This document shows, one piece after another, positions 61,649-64,000 of a DNA stretch of 64,000 nucleotides. Made by a program: the position numbers and the translations under genes. Below the pieces are notes generated by a model. That model did not search any database, was not told the DNA's origin, and was given only the letters and a program-made list of their open reading frames with translations. Position 1 is the stretch's first letter. Each line of letters opens with the position of its first letter. Origin of the DNA: an uncultured Armatimonadia bacterium (GTDB taxonomy: Bacteria; Armatimonadota; Zipacnadia; CAVVLO01); the NCBI GenBank assembly GCA_963749155.1, contig CAVVLO010000001.1, positions 320,001-384,000 of the forward strand. Direction: 5' to 3'.

Positions 61649-61680
61649 AAAGGATTAGCTCCAATCGGCGCGAATCCTGC
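61649..61680. promoter_or_regulatory. Overlapping divergent sigmaH-like promoters: AAAGGA-N15-GCGAA (+, 61649-61674) and GCAGGA-N15-GCTAA (-, 61655-61680)
   Basis: Both strands of the same 32 bp match the motif, between the divergent GH26 and URO-D genes. Confidence 0.6.
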
Positions 61681-61684
61681 TGCT

Positions 61685-62765
61685 ATGGTCAAGCTGACGA
61701 AACGAGAGCGCGTAATGCGCACGATGCGGTTCGAGGAAACCGACCGCCCACCGCTGTATGACATCTTCCAGAACGATGCCATCATCGAGCATTACTCGGG
61801 CGGCAAGTTCGCCCCAGGCAACGGCGCGCGCCTGACAGGCCTGGCGGTTGGCGCCGTGCTGGATATGACCAGGATGGCCAACGGCCCAATCGAGAATCCA
61901 GGCACGGTAGCGACGCCCGATGGCTGGGAGCATCGCTCCGAGCGCTGGACCTATTGGGTCACCAAACGACCTTTCAACGACGAGGCAAGCTGCGCGGAGT
62001 TCATCAAGCAGCAAATCCAGCACTTCTCGCAGGTTGAGCACGGCCAGGCGACCCGCGACCAGTTTCATGCCTATCTGCGCGAGCGCGAAGCCTGCTTCAT
62101 CGAAGGCGATCCTGACGGCGATCCGACGGTGCAGATTGTCGAAAGCCTGCCAGGCCTCACCCATGTCTACAGCACGGCTACCCACGAGCTCCTGGCCTAT
62201 CTGCTTGCCGACCAGCCAGGGCTTATCGAAGAGTGGATGGAAGCCCTCACCCAGGCGGAGCTCAAACGCATCGACGCCATCGCCGATCCGGAGCTAATCC
62301 CGCTTGCCCTCACCGCCGACGACCTGGCCTTCAAGACCAGCCTGCTCCTGTCGCCCACGTGGCTCAGGCAGGTGTTTATGCCGCGATTCAAACGCCTCAA
62401 CGACGCCTGGCATGAGCGCGGCGCGCTGTGTATCTTCCACTCGGACGGCAATCTCTGGCCGATTATGGACGACCTCATCGCCGCCGGAATCGATGGTCTG
62501 AATCCGCTGGAGCGCCTTGCGGATATGCATCCGCGCGAGTTACGGCAGGCCTACCCCAACCTGGTACTCACCGGGGGGATAGACGTCAGCCAATTGCTTA
62601 CTTTCGGCAGCGTGGCAGAAGTGCGAGAGGCGGTGCTGGACGCCATCGAGGCGACCGACGGCGTGAGGTTACTTCCTCGGCAGCACCACCGAACTGCACT
62701 GGGATGTCAACCTGCAGAACGCCATCACAATGTTCGACACTGTGAAGAACTGGCGCAGGGGGTAG
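61685..62765 (+). CDS. URO-D / MtaA family protein, third copy (frameshift near 62668)
   Basis: LTKRERV, ADDLAFK..LL.SP, FHSDGN, GIDGLNPLE, GGIDVSQLL.FGS; the corrected frame continues YFLGSTTELHWDV...WRRG-TAG. Confidence 0.85.
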
Positions 62766-62837
62766 TATCCCCTGCACCCCTTTTAGGCCTTCGGCGCGAA
62801 GCGAATCCGGGGGGTGTGGGGGCAACTTGCCCCCGCG
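62755..62837. repeat. REP/REPIN-like inverted hairpin doublet
   Basis: GCAGGGG-gtagtat-CCCCTGC-ACCCC ... GGGGTGT-GGGGGCAA-c-TTGCCCCC: two GC hairpins with inward-facing complementary tails. Confidence 0.5.
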
Positions 62838-62847
62838 CTTGTCCGTC

Positions 62848-64000
62848 TTAATCCACCGCCACGCCTGCTGCCTCTCCCAGCCCTTCCACATACTGCGGCC
62901 AGGTGGAGAGTTGCAGTTCCACCGAACCCTCGGTCACTGAAAGTGGCCGCTCCCGCCCCTGCCAGTCAGTGAGGGTGACCTGCTGGACGCCTGGGAGGTT
63001 CACTTTTACCGGCCGCTTGAGGTCTAGCGCTGACCCCGCGTGCGCTGCTTCACCGAGCTTGGAGCCGTCTGCTCGCGCGCCTGCGATAAGCTCTTCGGGA
63101 GTCACTTCTGTCACCCACCCAACCAGCAGCGGATCGTCCTCTGGGCCGAAGAGATAGAGCCGCACGGCGCTGTCCGGGTGCGCGAGTCGCCTGAGGAAGG
63201 GCCTCCCCCCGACCGCGCGCGTTGAACTGGGCATACGCGACATACGCTGGCCTTGGCGAGTAGTCGAATCCCACCAGCCCGAAGTTGTGTTCGTTCTCGA
63301 CTGGGTTCGCGCCATCACACAGGAAGTCATAATAGAACACTCGCGCGTAATCGTCCGGCATCGCCGCTACCAGCAGCGCCATCCGCGCCGCCTGCTGCGC
63401 CTGGCCTGCCAGGCCGACCGCGTTACTCGGCCAGCCGAGTTCGGTAATCCAGAGGCCTGGCCGTTTCGCCAAGCCGCGCGCCTGCTGGATATCCGACGCG
63501 AAGGTGCCAGTAAGCCCCTGCGCCAGGTCCAGTGAGGCCCGAGGCACCGGCGCGCCTTCGGTCGGGTACCCGACATCGCAAGTCGAGGGACTGGTGTACG
63601 GGTGGACGCTGAAACTGTCCATCCACGCCGCCCCGCCCACCTCGCGCAGCGCGGGTATATACCAGCTTGCCCAGCCGCCCGGCGCGGCGCCCGCCACGCC
63701 GACTACGAAGGCGTCCGGATTACCAGCCTTCACGCCTTCGAAGCCCGCCTTCACGATGACCGGGTATTGGTCGGGGGACAGCACTGAGAAGCCGTTTGGC
63801 TCGTTCCACAGCTCGAAATGGTCTACCGTCCCTGCCAGCGTCCGCGCAACGAATTCGGCGTAGCGTCCATAGGCTTCGGCTTCCTCCGGGGTGGCATGTG
63901 GATAGAGTGGATTATCATAAGCAAGGATGGCCAGCGTGCTGATACCAAGCTCCTTCAGCCGCTTGTATGCCGCCACGTTGTAACTCGGTAGCGAATACTG
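62848..64000 (-). CDS. Clan GH-A TIM-barrel hydrolase (GH39/GH5-like), 3' part (frameshift near 63220)
   Basis: ILAYDNPLY, FELWNEPN, DSFSVHPY, LWITELGWP, EHNFGL...PRPAYVAY; the C-terminal beta domain is in ORF 62848..63330. Confidence 0.8.

Overview
High-GC bacterial DNA holding about 34 genes, dominated by carbohydrate-active and secreted proteins: GH38, GH36+NPCBM, GH42, GH51, GH2, GH71/99-like, GH95, GH106, GH26+CBM35, PL8, GH20-like, GH39/GH5-like, two beta-helix proteins and several orphan TIM-barrel candidates. These are interleaved with two non-pyrrolysine MttB-family and three URO-D/MtaA-family genes, a fucose-isomerase-like gene, a DUF6785-type membrane protein, an APC permease and a membrane-anchored TIR protein. 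The gene repertoire and LAGC-GGG lipoboxes suggest an anaerobic Armatimonadota-like organism, but this is inference only. About 14 genes carry one or two single-base frameshifts, several in homopolymers, which points to long-read assembly error. Main observations: (1) a three-unit tandem array of PD40 beta-propeller lipoprotein genes, with near-identical junctions, divergent cores and a perfect 31-bp hairpin direct repeat at both ends; (2) a sigmaH-like promoter motif, GCAGGA-N15/16-GCGAA, read by eye 17 times ahead of nearly every transcription-unit start but absent from the two compositionally atypical inserts at 42-43 kb and 56.7-58.4 kb; (3) an isolated TM-TIR gene with face-to-face promoters overlapping the GH2 gene; (4) a foreign-looking isomerase/aldolase pair with a possible microcompartment encapsulation peptide. 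No rRNA, tRNA, CRISPR, transposase or integrase was seen. All family calls come from recognising motifs by eye, not from database searches.
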